NCBI GenBank assembly: GCA_964016885.1
Contig: OZ024755.1
Location: 14,136,001-14,200,000, forward strand
Source of the DNA: Eledone cirrhosa
Lineage: Eukaryota
DNA: 64,000 bases
Direction of reading: 5' to 3'
In this document: positions 53,901 through 63,400 of the stretch, in pieces
How the letters are laid out: each line of letters starts with the position of its first letter
How positions within the stretch are numbered: position 1 is the stretch's first letter
Program-made: the position numbers and the translations under genes
Notes under the pieces: generated by a model
Told to the model about the DNA's origin: nothing
Databases searched by the model: none
What the model saw: only the letters and a program-made list of their open reading frames with translations

Positions 53901-56900
53901 CATTATTAAGCTAATCTTTGAAACAAAGGTTCTTACATAAAATCATGATGGAAGGTTTTTAGATAAATATAAACACTTTACAATAAAGAGCTTAATACTA
54001 TAGAATCAAGGATGGTTTCGGGTGGTTTGGCATCAAAAGGTTAAAACAAATTTGTGCAAATATAAAACCAATATATATATATATATGACATTGAAAAAAA
54101 TTTATAACAAAGTTATAAAAATAAAATTCAAATCACAATGGATATTTCAGAAAATATGAAAGACTGCAATTTAAATGTTCTAAATCAATAAAAAGTGGAT
54201 TTTGATAACCAAAATATCTTAAAGATTTCATATCTATAAACAAATGAGATGTATGGAGAGGTGCTGAACAACACATTTGTGCAAAATATATCAGTGAAGA
54301 AAAGTAGATGTTAAGTTGTTGTTGATGATAGTGGTGGTGATGATGATTATGATGGTGGTAGTAGTGGTGGTGGTGGTGATGAAGATTGTGATGGTTGTGG
54401 TGATGTTAGTGAGGTTGATGTCAAAGATGGCAATGCTGAAAATGATAAAGATGATAAAAATGGTGACGGTGGTGTTAGTGGAGAAGATGGTGGCAGTGAA
54501 GGTGGTGGCAATGGTGACATTGATGGTGGCAGTGATGCTGGTGATGGTGGTGGCGGTGTTGGAAGTGATTATGATGAAGCAATAATACTTAAACCAAGAA
54601 GAGTCGGAATATCAATGAAGGAGAGATCTATAATTAGCTGTAAGTTAAGTTAATTTAATGCAAAGATAAATTTTTGGAAAAAATTCTTGAAATACCAAAT
54701 ATTGATTTGATAAAGAAGTGTATCTTGTTAAGAATTATGAAAAACAACAAACGCAGCATTAAAAAACACAAACTACATCGTAAGAATATATTGAAATACT
54801 GAACAACTATTAATTATTTTACTAAGTATAATAAATATGCTTTGAAGAACAGAGTATTCCTCACATACTAGATCACATCTAAGAAACACTTATCTGTTAA
54901 TACGTGATGATGATCGCAGTAATGATGAAGATGATGATGAAAATGATGATGAAACATTTAATAATAAATACATGTCTGTAAGATATAAGAACCATACCAT
55001 TTTCTGAAGTAAGTTTTTCCATTTGTTTCTGATCTTCATCTTTAAACCCATAGAAACTCAGGTAACAAAATTCAAAAGGTTTCAAACGAAAACTCATCTG
55101 AAACAGATAAAAAATTTAAAACAACAAATTGATATGAAATTAGCTTTAAAATGCACCCAGTAAGCTCTGTAATATGAATGGTGATAGGATGGTCAACTAG
55201 CTGTAGAAAACTTGCCAAACAAAGAGTCTGGAGAATTCTTCACTTATGTTAAAGACATGACAACTTCTCTAGTGTTGATGACATTATAAAATGCTCTTGG
55301 TACTCTCCATAAAGTGCAGAAATGTATATAAGCAAGATGCACACCCCCTCTCAGCCCATCTGAGAGGTCAGTAGCCCTCAATAAGTATTGAAAAGGTCTG
55401 TGGTGGCCCGTCCAGCCCCATGCAAGCAGGGAAAATGGTGATTGTTAAGTCAACGACAATTAGTCAAAAGGAAAGTTTAATAAGTATATTTGTTGTGGCG
55501 AGCAGGCTAGGACAGAGGTGTGTGTATGTACGGGATGGGGATAACTTATTATTAGAGTTGAGCGCCTATATCTCATATCAAGGCCTATTACTAGTTTTGA
55601 GGGCCTACATTTCATATCTAGTCTGAACCTATTACCAGCTTTCAGAGCCCTACATTTCACATTTTAGCAAAGTTTATTACTAATTTTCTGGGTTTATATT
55701 TTATATGTGGCCTGCTATTACCAGTTTTGCAAAGGTCTAGTGAAGAGTGTAGGGGGTAAATATTTAGGGACTTTTGCCATTTGCTTGAATATGAAGAAAA
55801 CGATGAAAAATACTGTTGTTGCTTGGACAATGCCTCTCCATTTCTTAGCTTCTACTACTGTATGCCCTCCCTAATACCACCATTTTACAGTGTGTACTGG
55901 GTACATTTTATCATGGCTGGCTCCAGCATTACTACAGAATTTATTCATTTATTGGAAAAAAAAAAAAAAATCACTGATACAGTAATTGTGGCAAAGTTGA
56001 GACATTGAATAATTGCAACAAGAATTAGATGACAAAAATGAACAGGCTCAGAGATATTTATATATTTTCATACTTACAAAATGTTGTTCATCAGCACGAG
56101 TGACTATACTGTCACGATGTTCCCAAGTTTCCATAATCCAGTCTACTTTCATAATAGGTATACCGTAGTTGACAGAAAACTAGATCAGATTATAAAAAGA
56201 AAAAAAAATGTTTTCATTAGTATATTTGCATGGCACATCAGAAATAAAAAGAAAACAAAAACACAATAAAGAGAGTCACTTTCCACCTCCTCCCATCTCC
56301 AAGTGCATACATAATACAGTGATACAGATATTGTGAGCTGGTTTTATCATGGCTAGCTATAAAGCTGGTGTCTATCAAACTATAGAATTGTCACATATCA
56401 AGATAAAGCTTTCAGCACCATAGCTGTCATCTAAACCAGCCTGTTGTTCTCTAAGTTCATTTTTTTCCCTATCAACAATTGCAAATTATATATATATATG
56501 TGTATGTCTATATATATATACATATATATATATATACACATACATACAGAGAGAGAGAGTGTGGACTTGCACTAGTTTGGCAAGTGACTTCATCTAAGAC
56601 TGTGTGTTGAAACTGGAACAATTACATTGTGGAAGAGTTGTTTTAGCTATTTCAATAACACACACACAAAAAAGAAAAAACAACTTATATTCACTTTCTA
56701 TTTATTTTCTTAACTTTTTCATTACCATATATTCTAATGAAAGACACTGCCCATGATTTTCACATAATTTTGAAAATACTCGTGAATTTAAACGGATTTA
56801 GTAATATAGCTATTTTATCATTATTATGCCAATGATGAAAGGTTTTCAGGTAAACATAAACACTTTTAAACAAAGAGTTTTATATCATAGAATCAGAAGC

Positions 56901-59790
56901 AGTTTCAGGTAGTTTAGCATCAAACTCTTAACATCCTGTATCACATTAGTAAAACATTTTTGAAAAGTATAAAACAGCACTATGGCATCACATTAAAAAT
57001 TAAAGACTTTATTTTAGTCTATTGCCAATTTTCACAAGGATATGTCAACTAGTAAAATACTATAAACATCTGAATTAATAAACTTGTTTTTAGATATTTT
57101 CTACTAAATCATTAAAGGATGTTAAGAGTAAATAGTACTGTTTATTATAAAATCATAAACAGTTTGAATACACTTCAGCGAACTGGAAACTGACATGATT
57201 CCAATTTTTGAAATACCACGGAATTTGCTTCCAATGCTTTCATATTTTACTTGTTTGTTTTTATTTATTTTTTTTGCTTTTATTACTTTCACATTTAAAT
57301 TCACCTTGATCATAGTACAAAGGTTGGCTGAAAAGTTCATAGGCTGACTATGAAGGAATGATGCTAGAGCTGTGAGATCTTGCATGCATTAATTTCAACT
57401 CTTCTTAATAATAGCTGCATGGACTATAGTAGTTCCAGGGACTATGTTGAAAAATATAATTCATTTGGTCATTCCTTGAGAGTATCTTGGTCAGCCTATG
57501 AACATCTCAGTGTATGAACTTTACAGCCGACCCTAATAAAATAAGATTCTTTTTTTACCCTGTTCTTACTTTCGCTTCTATGTAAAGTGGTTGGTGTTAA
57601 GAAGGGCAACTAGTCACGAAATGCCTGCCAAACAAATGGTTGAAAGGAATCTTCAATTGAATCCTGGACATGACAACCGTGCCAGTGCTAGTCTCACAAT
57701 AAAATTTACCCAGCACTCTATAAAGTGAATGGCATTAAAGACGGCTGTAGAAAACATTATGATGATTATGGTGATGATGATTATGGTGATGATGATGATG
57801 ATGATGATGACAGTGATGATAACAATGGTTGTGATTATGGTGAGGATGATTATGGTGGTAGTAATGATGATGATGATGATAGCAATTCCTTCTGTTGGCA
57901 ATTATAACATTCTTTTTTGTTCAATCAATCATCACTATTTATGTAAACCAAGATAAAATAGTTTTAACTAATGTAATATAGATACGATAAACATCAAGGC
58001 CGGTACAGTAATAACAGATTATTATTGTTTGTAGTAATAAAACAGTACATAAGGAAAAGAAAACAAATATAAAGTACATTGTAGCATTTGTCATCATTGG
58101 TAATAATAATAATAATAATGATTGCTGCCATCATCATCATAATCATCACTGTTATTAATTAATCAAATTGTCTACTCTGAAATAATTTACGACCAAAAAA
58201 TACATCATCATTATTATCATCATTGCCAAGTCCACCACCACCACAACTACTATTATTGTTGTTATTATCATTATTATTTAATAGTTGCCCCATCAAAAAT
58301 TATCTAATGAGGAATTTATCAGAATAAAATCAAGCCAACCAGATAATCATATCCCACACACTTCATTTATGTGTGTGTGTGTGTGTGTGTGCATGTAGCA
58401 CAGACAAAGACGGGAGAGTATTTGGTGAGGTTTCTTTATATTATTAGGGTCAAAACCTTACATCTTTGTAATATTTTAACCCTTTAGCATTTAAAGCAGC
58501 CTTATCCGGCCAGAATTCTATCACCTCTTTCTGTTCAAACCAGCTGTAACTAGCCACTCATATAGATGTTATGGAAATGTTTTTAAAATAAATAATAACA
58601 TCATCAAAATCTTGTAGATTCGATATGGTATTTTATTTTATCGACCCCGTACAGATGAAAGGCAAAGATAACCTCAGCAAAATTTGTGCTGAGAATGTAA
58701 AGAGCCATAACTATATGCTGCAAAGCATGTTGTCCAATGCTCTACTGATTCTGCCAATCCACCGTAATAATAACAACAGAATTGAAATGTAAAAGCTAAA
58801 TGAGGATTAAATAATACATACTTGATATTTATCATTTCCACAGCAATTAGCCACTAAATGAGTGACTTTTGGTGAAATTTCCTTTTTAACCATTCCGTAC
58901 ATGTGATGGACTAGTTTTAACTGAAATAAAAATAGTAACAGAATAGAATACTTTAGAATGAGAATTACTCTCTGGTCCTAAATAATGGAGGTGGGGTTGG
59001 AATAAAATAGTGGGCTAGAAAATCGTTAATTTTTCTAGGTTGTCTCCATTGATTTTTTAAAAAAAAACCAGAATTAGTCGTTTAGTTTACATATTGAGAT
59101 GTCAACCCATCTTATTTATTTTATAACATATCAGATTTCTAGTAATGTATCTTTTTATTTTTTTGCCACGTATAATGTTTTTTTAATGTCTAAATAAAAT
59201 TGTCGCAGGAATGCTACCACTAAAGATGAAATTTCATCGGCGATAGATTAACAAAATTTATTGGGGGAGAATCTGAAAAATTAGGGGGGAGGCTTGATAC
59301 TCAGGAGTAACTAAATAACTGTTTTGCAGGGCTTTTATAAAATAGCCTTAATAAAACTGAAAATATGTTTAACGAATAATACCAAAAAAAATCAATAAAT
59401 TAGGTATAAACATGGCTGGTGTGATGGAGGCATGTGGCCTAATGGTAAGGGTATTGGACTTACAATCAGACTGCTGTGAGTTCAATTAAATCAACTCTAG
59501 TACTTGATTGGTACTCTATTTTATCAACTCCAAAAGGATGAAAGGCAAAGTCGACCTTGGTGGGATTTAAACTCAGAATATAAAAAGCTGATAACAAACA
59601 CTGCAAAGCAACTGGCCAATGCTTTAATTCTGCCAACCAACCACCTTCACCACCTTTGAAATAATTATAATAATAAAAGGGGGAAAAAAAACCAGCTCAC
59701 CATTTTCTCTTTCCGTTTTACACCAGTAATACACAGAATTAATCCACTCATTAAAAAACAGTACAGTGGCCGTCCATATTTAGGAAGAGG
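3748..59790 (-). CDS. ECT2: ECT2/pebble RhoGEF (tandem BRCT, DH, PH), 5'-incomplete, 23 coding exons joined
   Basis: Hand-spliced minus-strand exons give one frame with ECT2 signature peptides: [93 protein letters not shown]. All introns are GT-AG with matching phases. Similarity to human ECT2 is recalled, not searched. Confidence 0.96.
6619..6869. mobile_element. piggyBac-like non-autonomous MITE
   Basis: TTAA|CCCTTTTG ... CAAAAGGG|TTAA termini; AT-rich body recurs at ~9700-9903, 23540-23763, 28775-28984, 41835-42090, 45985-46258, 47140-47361, 53430-54044, 56710-56930, 60830-61045. Confidence 0.75.
8385..8815 (+). mobile_element. Decayed RTE-like LINE 3' fragment
   Basis: gtgcaagagagaagattatgctggtatgg ([10 protein letters not shown])...gaagaaaaccaagaaaaaaactgg, tail ccaacccatgc; similar remnant at ~49860-50040. 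Confidence 0.65.
9047..9077 (-). CDS. ECT2: Candidate 31-nt ECT2 microexon ([11 protein letters not shown]), phase 1/2
   Basis: tttcttttag acceptor (tandem TAG-AAG), gtatgt donor; joins in frame to the 3748-3811 exon. Confidence 0.5.
9268..9555. repeat. Degenerate (CAT/CAC/AAT)n trinucleotide tract
   Basis: Seen directly; similar tracts at 14553-14905, 52060-52321, 54315-54575, 57758-57880. Confidence 0.9.
10909..10953 (-). CDS. ECT2: Candidate small ECT2 exon ([15 protein letters not shown]), symmetric phase 1/1
   Basis: gtctag acceptor, strong gtgagt donor, 45 nt, open. Confidence 0.55.
11515..11594 (+). ncRNA. Type I hammerhead ribozyme (putative Penelope-like or retrozyme terminus)
   Basis: Stem I gagctgta (11531-38) / tgcagttc (11573-80), extended by gaaca/tgttc and ttggca/tgccaa; CTGATGA 11539-45; stem II gggt-gat-accc; GAAA 11559-62; stem III cat-ta-gtg; GTC triplet, cleavage after 11572. 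Confidence 0.85.
11804..11923. repeat. ~50-bp-arm hairpin (inverted repeat) with ~20-nt loop
   Basis: agaaaaaaacaaggaagtttcgtttacatgtataagatatttattgtgta versus tacacaatacatatcttatacatataaacaaaacttccttgttttttttct. Confidence 0.85.
14403..14517 (-). CDS. ECT2: Probable ECT2 C-tail exon ([38 protein letters not shown])
   Basis: cttgcag / gtcagt, 115 nt, phase 0/1; unique complex sequence between repeats. Confidence 0.72.
15722..15975 (+). repeat. Minisatellite, ~5 x 49 bp, derived from a retroposon tail
   Basis: Unit gtgccacaacaaaaaagcacccagttcactctgtaaagtggtcattctg; related array at ~14110-14335. Confidence 0.8.
17720..17812 (-). CDS. ECT2: Probable ECT2 C-tail exon ([31 protein letters not shown])
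   Basis: ttgaag acceptor, gtaagt donor, 93 nt, phase 0/0, open in frame; no recalled homology. Confidence 0.75.
18640..18826 (-). CDS. ECT2: ECT2 exon, polybasic cluster ([24 protein letters not shown]...[10 protein letters not shown])
   Basis: ttgcag / gtaaat, 187 nt, phase 2/0; conserved RAFSFSKTP. Confidence 0.93.
20025..20356. mobile_element. Element with an ~88-bp inverted repeat and a degenerate minus-strand hammerhead core (Penelope-like inverted pLTR layout)
   Basis: Arms 20025-20112 and 20270-20356 are near-perfect reverse complements; minus strand has CTGAAGA (20177-71)...GAAA CCG TC (20120-12); flanked by (TA)n. Confidence 0.6.
20577..20760 (-). mobile_element. SINE family A copy
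   Basis: Reverse complement matches 50741-50930; other copies at ~12590-12810, 25383-25560, 36005-36215, 41210-41360, 42460-42645, 44665-44815, 58625-58765, 59500-59640. Confidence 0.82.
21205..21520 (-). mobile_element. SINE family B copy
   Basis: Nearly identical to 50395-50723; related heads at ~15510-15635, 35110-35250, 37310-37425. Confidence 0.8.
22189..22265 (-). CDS. ECT2: ECT2 exon, C-tail ([26 protein letters not shown])
   Basis: ttccag / gtatga, 77 nt, phase 0/2; resembles human NTKDMDSTLSRASR. Confidence 0.92.
22420..22565 (+). repeat. GC-rich degenerate minisatellite (gg(c/t)(a/g)cagacctcag)
   Basis: About five copies of cagacct(c/t)ag or variants. Confidence 0.6.
23272..23430 (+). 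mobile_element. tRNA-like SINE (family C) copy
   Basis: atggctgtgtggctaagaa...ttggacatgtgtcttctactatagcctcaggttgacca...ccttgtg..gaaatttggtagac; inverted copies at ~5190-5355, 28290-28430, 39700-39835, 48900-49040. Confidence 0.7.
23800..23945 (-). CDS. ECT2: ECT2 exon, PH end ([13 protein letters not shown]...[16 protein letters not shown])
   Basis: tcacag / gtaagt, 146 nt, phase 1/0. Confidence 0.94.
24321..24462 (-). CDS. ECT2: ECT2 exon, PH ([47 protein letters not shown])
   Basis: polypyrimidine + caag / gtaagt, 142 nt, phase 0/1. Confidence 0.92.
24903..25022 (-). CDS. ECT2: ECT2 exon, PH ([40 protein letters not shown])
   Basis: ttttag / gtaagt, 120 nt, phase 0/0; LFLFxD PH motif. 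Confidence 0.95.
25667..25745 (-). CDS. ECT2: ECT2 exon, DH end and linker ([26 protein letters not shown])
   Basis: tcctag / gtaagt, 79 nt, phase 2/0; INEDK motif. Confidence 0.95.
27170..27565. repeat. Degenerate (CA)-rich low-complexity tract
   Basis: Seen directly. Confidence 0.9.
27737..28068. mobile_element. pogo/Tigger-like (Tc1-mariner superfamily) MITE
   Basis: TA|CAGTGGAACCTCGGTTCATG ... CGTGAACCTAGGTTCCACTA|TA terminal inverted repeats. Confidence 0.75.
28454..28535 (-). CDS. ECT2: ECT2 exon, DH ([28 protein letters not shown])
   Basis: ctccag / gtgagt, 82 nt, phase 1/2. Confidence 0.94.
31220..31283 (+). ncRNA. Type I hammerhead ribozyme candidate with U3-A8 core
   Basis: agccatac-aca-gg TTGATAA gct-gcta-ggt GAAA cgtgcg TT ct-aga-gtatggct; 8-bp distal stem I; weak GU-rich stem II; inside a (TA)n-flanked insert. 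Confidence 0.6.
31360..31962 (-). mobile_element. RTE-clade LINE 3' fragment (ORF2 C-terminus, 3' UTR and (GAT)n tail)
   Basis: [10 protein letters not shown]...CIKKC...G...RPRKTW...DRDLWR, typical of RTE ORF2 C-termini; ends in gttaaatgatgatgat. Confidence 0.82.
32937..33543 (-). mobile_element. Second copy of the same RTE LINE 3' fragment, extending further 5'
   Basis: 33150-33400 closely matches 31700-31962; same tail. Confidence 0.82.
34747..34843 (-). CDS. ECT2: ECT2 exon, DH CR3 ([32 protein letters not shown])
   Basis: tttcag / gtgaga, 97 nt, phase 0/1; PVQR DH motif. Confidence 0.96.
37787..37897 (-). CDS. ECT2: ECT2 exon, DH ([37 protein letters not shown])
   Basis: cttag / gtaatt, 111 nt, phase 0/0. 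Confidence 0.95.
39926..40114 (-). CDS. ECT2: ECT2 exon, DH (VFKEKIEE...[12 protein letters not shown]...VGDVILKH)
   Basis: ttttag / gtaatt, 189 nt, phase 0/0. Confidence 0.95.
40596..40708 (-). CDS. ECT2: ECT2 exon, DH start ([38 protein letters not shown])
   Basis: ttccag / gtacgt, 113 nt, phase 1/0; DH CR1 motif ELxxTExxYV. Confidence 0.95.
42179..42395 (-). CDS. ECT2: ECT2 exon, S region with basic NLS-like clusters (RNRKRR, PKRR) and S/T-P sites
   Basis: ttccag / gtagga, 217 nt, phase 0/1; [11 protein letters not shown]...RNRKRRLL...GPKRRS...MTPVK. Confidence 0.9.
43750..43933 (-). mobile_element. SINE family A copy (a second, degenerate copy follows at ~43945-44135)
   Basis: Near-identical reverse complement of 50741-50930. 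Confidence 0.85.
44353..44415 (-). CDS. ECT2: ECT2 exon, BRCT2 end ([21 protein letters not shown])
   Basis: tttcag / gtaagc, 63 nt, phase 0/0; [10 protein letters not shown] is an ECT2 hallmark. Confidence 0.95.
45015..45378 (+). repeat. Tandem repeat, 3 x ~120 bp
   Basis: Recurring caccagtct..., tgat(g/t)aag, agatttactagtc, aa(a)tt(a/g)ct blocks. Confidence 0.85.
49141..49260 (+). mobile_element. Penelope-like terminal fragment with a minimal hammerhead core
   Basis: CTGATGA (49149-55) aggc-ctagt-gtct GAAA (49169-72) CG TA; the downstream tail recurs inverted at ~20975-21090 and partly at ~34200-34250. Confidence 0.55.
50395..50723 (-). mobile_element. tRNA-derived SINE (family B) with CORE-like central domain and LINE-like tail
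   Basis: Minus strand: TGGCGTAGTGG A box, GAGTTCAATTCTC B box, tccttgagcaagacacttt, tail ggcatccagctgtagaaa...cccttgcaagcaggga...gacgtaaaatgaaatga; near-identical copy at 21205-21520. Confidence 0.8.
50741..50930 (+). mobile_element. tRNA-derived SINE (family A), apparently full length
   Basis: A-box-like TGGCAGTATCGGT, B box GAGTTCAAATCCC (50814-26), body gcctttcatccttacggggtcgataaaataaagtacc, tail ggccttgtgcctaaagtagaaacaattatt; more than 10 related copies in the window. Confidence 0.85.
51220..51313 (-). ncRNA. Type I hammerhead ribozyme with U3-A8 core, sense to the ECT2 pre-mRNA
   Basis: Minus strand reads tctggtctc TTGATAA gctcg...cgagc GAAA ctgtcgacag TC gggactaga; all three stems pair; cleavage between 51229 and 51228. 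Confidence 0.85.
51341..51585 (+). mobile_element. RTE-like LINE 3' fragment, second family
   Basis: [14 protein letters not shown]...[24 protein letters not shown]...DRDHWRELV; decayed inverted copy at ~38121-38375. Confidence 0.8.
53257..53372 (-). CDS. ECT2: ECT2 exon, BRCT2 ([39 protein letters not shown])
   Basis: tttcag / gtgagt, 116 nt, phase 1/0; GG and THLV motifs. Confidence 0.93.
53436..54044 (+). repeat. Tandem triplication (~180 bp) of the piggyBac-like MITE body
   Basis: ccatatttctaa(a/t)ga(a/t)agacact(g/a)cctatgattt at ~53440, 53618 and 53815; single aaaaggttaa end. Confidence 0.8.
54998..55097 (-). CDS. ECT2: ECT2 exon, BRCT2 start ([34 protein letters not shown])
   Basis: tttcag / gtatgg, 100 nt, phase 0/1. 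Confidence 0.93.
56078..56179 (-). CDS. ECT2: ECT2 exon, BRCT1 end ([34 protein letters not shown])
   Basis: ctag / gtaagt, 102 nt, phase 0/0; PIMKxxWI BRCT Trp motif. Confidence 0.93.
57316..57535. mobile_element. mariner-like MITE
   Basis: aggttggctgaaaagttcataggctgac versus gtcagcctatgaac...gaactttacagccgaccct. Confidence 0.65.
58822..58920 (-). CDS. ECT2: ECT2 exon, BRCT1 ([33 protein letters not shown])
   Basis: tttcag / gtatgt, 99 nt, phase 0/0; VTHLVA BRCT motif. Confidence 0.93.
59701..59790 (-). CDS. ECT2: ECT2 exon, BRCT1 start ([30 protein letters not shown])
   Basis: ttttcag acceptor, gtgagc donor, 90 nt, phase 0/0; resembles human PLPFSCRPLYCTSMMNLVLCFTGF. Confidence 0.93.
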
Positions 59791-60411
59791 CTGAAAATAA
59801 AAACATTACAAGTTAAAGAAACATTTTCATTTCGAGGATAGTAATAATTTCTACAAGGCAGAAACAATTATTTTGATATGCTGTGAAAAGAACGAAGTGT
59901 AAACACACCTTCTACTATCCTCTCTATACACAGAAAAACATAAGCAATTATCTTGTTTTACAGATTGTTATATCAAAATTATAGGGGTGGTTATCTCTGT
60001 AAAGTGGTAGTGCTGGTGCCATGACAAAAACAACCAGTCCATTCTATAAAGTGACAGTGCTGGTGCCATGAAAATTGCTCCCAGTACACACAGTAAAGTG
60101 GTTGGCATTAGGATAGGCATCCAGCAACAGAATCCAAGTTTAAAAATGGAACATATGATTAGGAAGGTGTTATCACTTGACCAATCTGGTCTCAGAACGT
60201 GACAACCCATCTATCACAGACAAGCATGGAAAATAGAGGTTAAACGATGATGATGATGATGGTCATGCCTGTACTTATCACACAATATACAATATTTACA
60301 ACTGTATTTTACACCCCTTCAATATCCAGCCATTATTTCACACTAACATGATAGCCAAGTCTGCTACAAGCAATATTTAATCAACGTTTTATATTTTAAG
60401 AAGCTCAAATA

Positions 60412-60438
60412 CCCCCCCCCCCCCCCCCCCCCCCCCCC
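60412..60438. repeat. C27 homopolymer (G27 on the ECT2 transcript strand)
   Basis: Seen directly. Confidence 0.9.
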
Positions 60439-63400
60439 AAAAAAATAATAACCATTATTTCCAGTAAGTCTGGGAGACACAGCCACACCATAAAAGTTCT
60501 ATTGTAATAGAATTTTATGCAAAAAGATAACAAAAGACAAATTTAATAAAATTTAGAAAGCATTATAGAAAATTAAAAAGTTTTCCTTGTCTGTTGCTGA
60601 AAACTAATCATTTCTTAAGTTGCTTAAATTCACTTTAATACTACATATATTCCTCAGTCACAGAAGAGAAAAAGATTTCTTCAAAATATGGTCAACAGTT
60701 TCTTAAACACTAGCTAAAAACCAGAAATACTAGCTGATCTTCATCGGTTTCATGTCCAATTTTCCATACTGACATGGGTCAGATGAAAGATTTTGTGGTA
60801 GTATACCCCATAACAGTGAAATGTACCAACTTAACCCTTTTGTTAACATAGTTCTAATGAAAGACACTGCTTATGATTTTCAAATCATTTTGAAAATAAT
60901 CAAGAATTTTAAGAGAATCATTTTTAATCTGGTATTTGAAAGATAACAAAATGTTCTTAGATAAAATTATGATGGATGGTTTATGTTTAAATTTAAATAT
61001 GAACACTTAAAAAATGGCTTTGGAGGCAGTTTAGTATCAGAAGCATTATGGTAATGATTTACAGCAAGGTGAACTGGAGTGTTAAAAGAGAAGTGCTTTT
61101 GAAAATGGCACCTTATTCCTTCAGCAAGGATCTCACCTTTATTTAGATAACTAAAACTCAAGACTATTTCTCCGTTTGAATAGAACAAAGGAATCTAGTT
61201 GTAAAATAACTTTCTCAAAGATATCTAGATTTTTAATAATCTTCTAATCCAGGCTTACAGATATAAAAGAATATAAAACCATTAGAGAAAGATAAAGAGC
61301 TTAGTAGATATGGCTCCTGACCCAAATAAGAGGACATTAACTCTAAATAAGAACTGACTGTTTGTAACAACACATCCAACCTACTCCAGAATGGAACAAC
61401 GAGCATAAAACGACAATGATAATGATGGTGATATTGGTGACAGTGATGTTGATGATCCAATACAAACACAACAACAAACATTATACTTTAAGGCAGAACC
61501 AAAACACAATCTTATTTACACTAAAGTAAACAATAAACTAATGACAGGTTGTGTCAGCAATTAGCATGTATAAACTGTTCACACAGTGGAATAAATTGGT
61601 TTACATTGAGGAAGAGGAAAAGTCTATTTTCAAAAGGTGGGAGGAGCTAACACGCCCACTTCATGGCTGAGTGATTTCATTCAGGAAACTTAGTCAAATG
61701 TTCAATAATTACAGGTTCCTCCCTCCCCTACTTCACAACCACAGCTTCTTCTGAAAACAATTTACACACTATACATACAGAATCACTATTTTTTCAAAAG
61801 ACCAGTTTTGTCACATACTGTTATGTTGTTAAATCTACCTGAGCATTACAATAAAGGTACACATATCTGTGGAATACTCAGCCACTTATGTATTAATTTA
61901 ACAAGCAGGCCAAGCCATTCCATTGACCGATCAACTGGAACGTTACTGTCAAAACCAATGAAGATCCATTCATCTTTAAAATGAAAAAGAGTTGCCACTT
62001 TTACATTCATTTTTCCCCCATGCTTTCACAGGTTGGGTAAAGGCTGGAGTTTACTCTGTTTTAATGTATTATTAAGCAACAGAGAGTACAAGATTCCTTT
62101 CTGGACAAGATACTAGTCCATTGCAGGTCTAATGTCCAGTTGCTAACCCTAACCCTAACACTTCCAGCTGAGCAAACTAAAGTAATGTGAAATGAAGTGC
62201 CTTGTTCAAGAATCTCCCAAGTCCTAACATTCCACCTCTTTGCATACGTCCTTAGATTTACATCCCCAATCCCCACACACCTCTCCCCACCCAACCTACA
62301 CTGTAAAGTGAACATGATGATGACACAACAAAAATTGCCCAGCCTACACTGTAAAGTGGTTGTATAGGTGACTCAACAAAAAGCGCTTAGCCTACACAGT
62401 AAAATGGTTGTGTAGGTATCATGACAAAAAGCACTTAGGAAGGGCATTCAGCCTTAGAAACCAAGGCAGAATCTGTTCTGCATGGGCAAGACATGGTCAT
62501 CTGACCTGGCTTGTCTCAATGGGACAACTTGTCTAACCTATGCTAGCGTGGAAAAATGGACGTTAAACAGTGATGATGATGATGATAAATCTTTCATTTG
62601 AACATTTCAGTGACAAGTCTATTTGAGAACCCATTCAACCCGTGCCAGAATAGAAAATGGATTTTGATATAAAGTCTGAGTGAGTTTATAGTAAATAAAA
62701 GCTTTGATATTTTTAATTGGTCAACAGTCCAAAAAAATTTATTAGCTTATAAAGTAGTGTGGTTTGTCCAAATGGTGACAGCTTTTTCACTGAATAGACA
62801 ATGCCTAGTGTTAACCTAAATTTCAATAATCTATCTGCCTGCCTTACTCTGTCTTCACTCTGTCTACTCTCTCTCTCTTGGTGCCAACCCTTTTAGCCAC
62901 TTCATACAACACACAGGGATATAGTATACCTATTCTAAACCAGATAAATACAGTATGAGAATGAATGATGAGAAGTAATGGTTAAAAGGTGGAATAATAG
63001 AGTATGATTTAAGTGTGAGACTGATATTGTAAAATGGATATACACTATATATTTTTTAAATCACACAGAACAAAAATGGTAATCTGTCTTATTGGTAATG
63101 TTTGGTTTCTTATAAAACTAATACAAGTGATTTAAGGCCATTTCCCCTCCACCCCTACTAAAACAAGGATTCAAATTGTGGGTCACAAAAAAGGCTTCAT
63201 GCTCATCATGCGGTCCTTTCTGAAGCAATAAATTTATGGAAGGATGTCCTTCCTGGTGTCATCAACCTTTGTAGTCCCATTTTCCAACACACATAGAGAT
63301 ACAATGTACCTATTCTTATTAAATTAATAATAGACCGAAACTAGCTTGATTAATGACTACATGGAATTATCTAGCAGCAGCAAATATATTTTCTTTATCT

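Noticed and set aside
61137-61194. Possible upstream ECT2 exon (ctag IPLFYSNGEIVLSFSYLNK G/gtgaga)
   Set aside because: Ends in phase 1 while the next exon starts in phase 0, and it has no recognisable BRCT0 similarity.
62143-62160. ctaaccctaaccctaac telomere-like repeat
   Set aside because: Fewer than three full units; compatible with chance.
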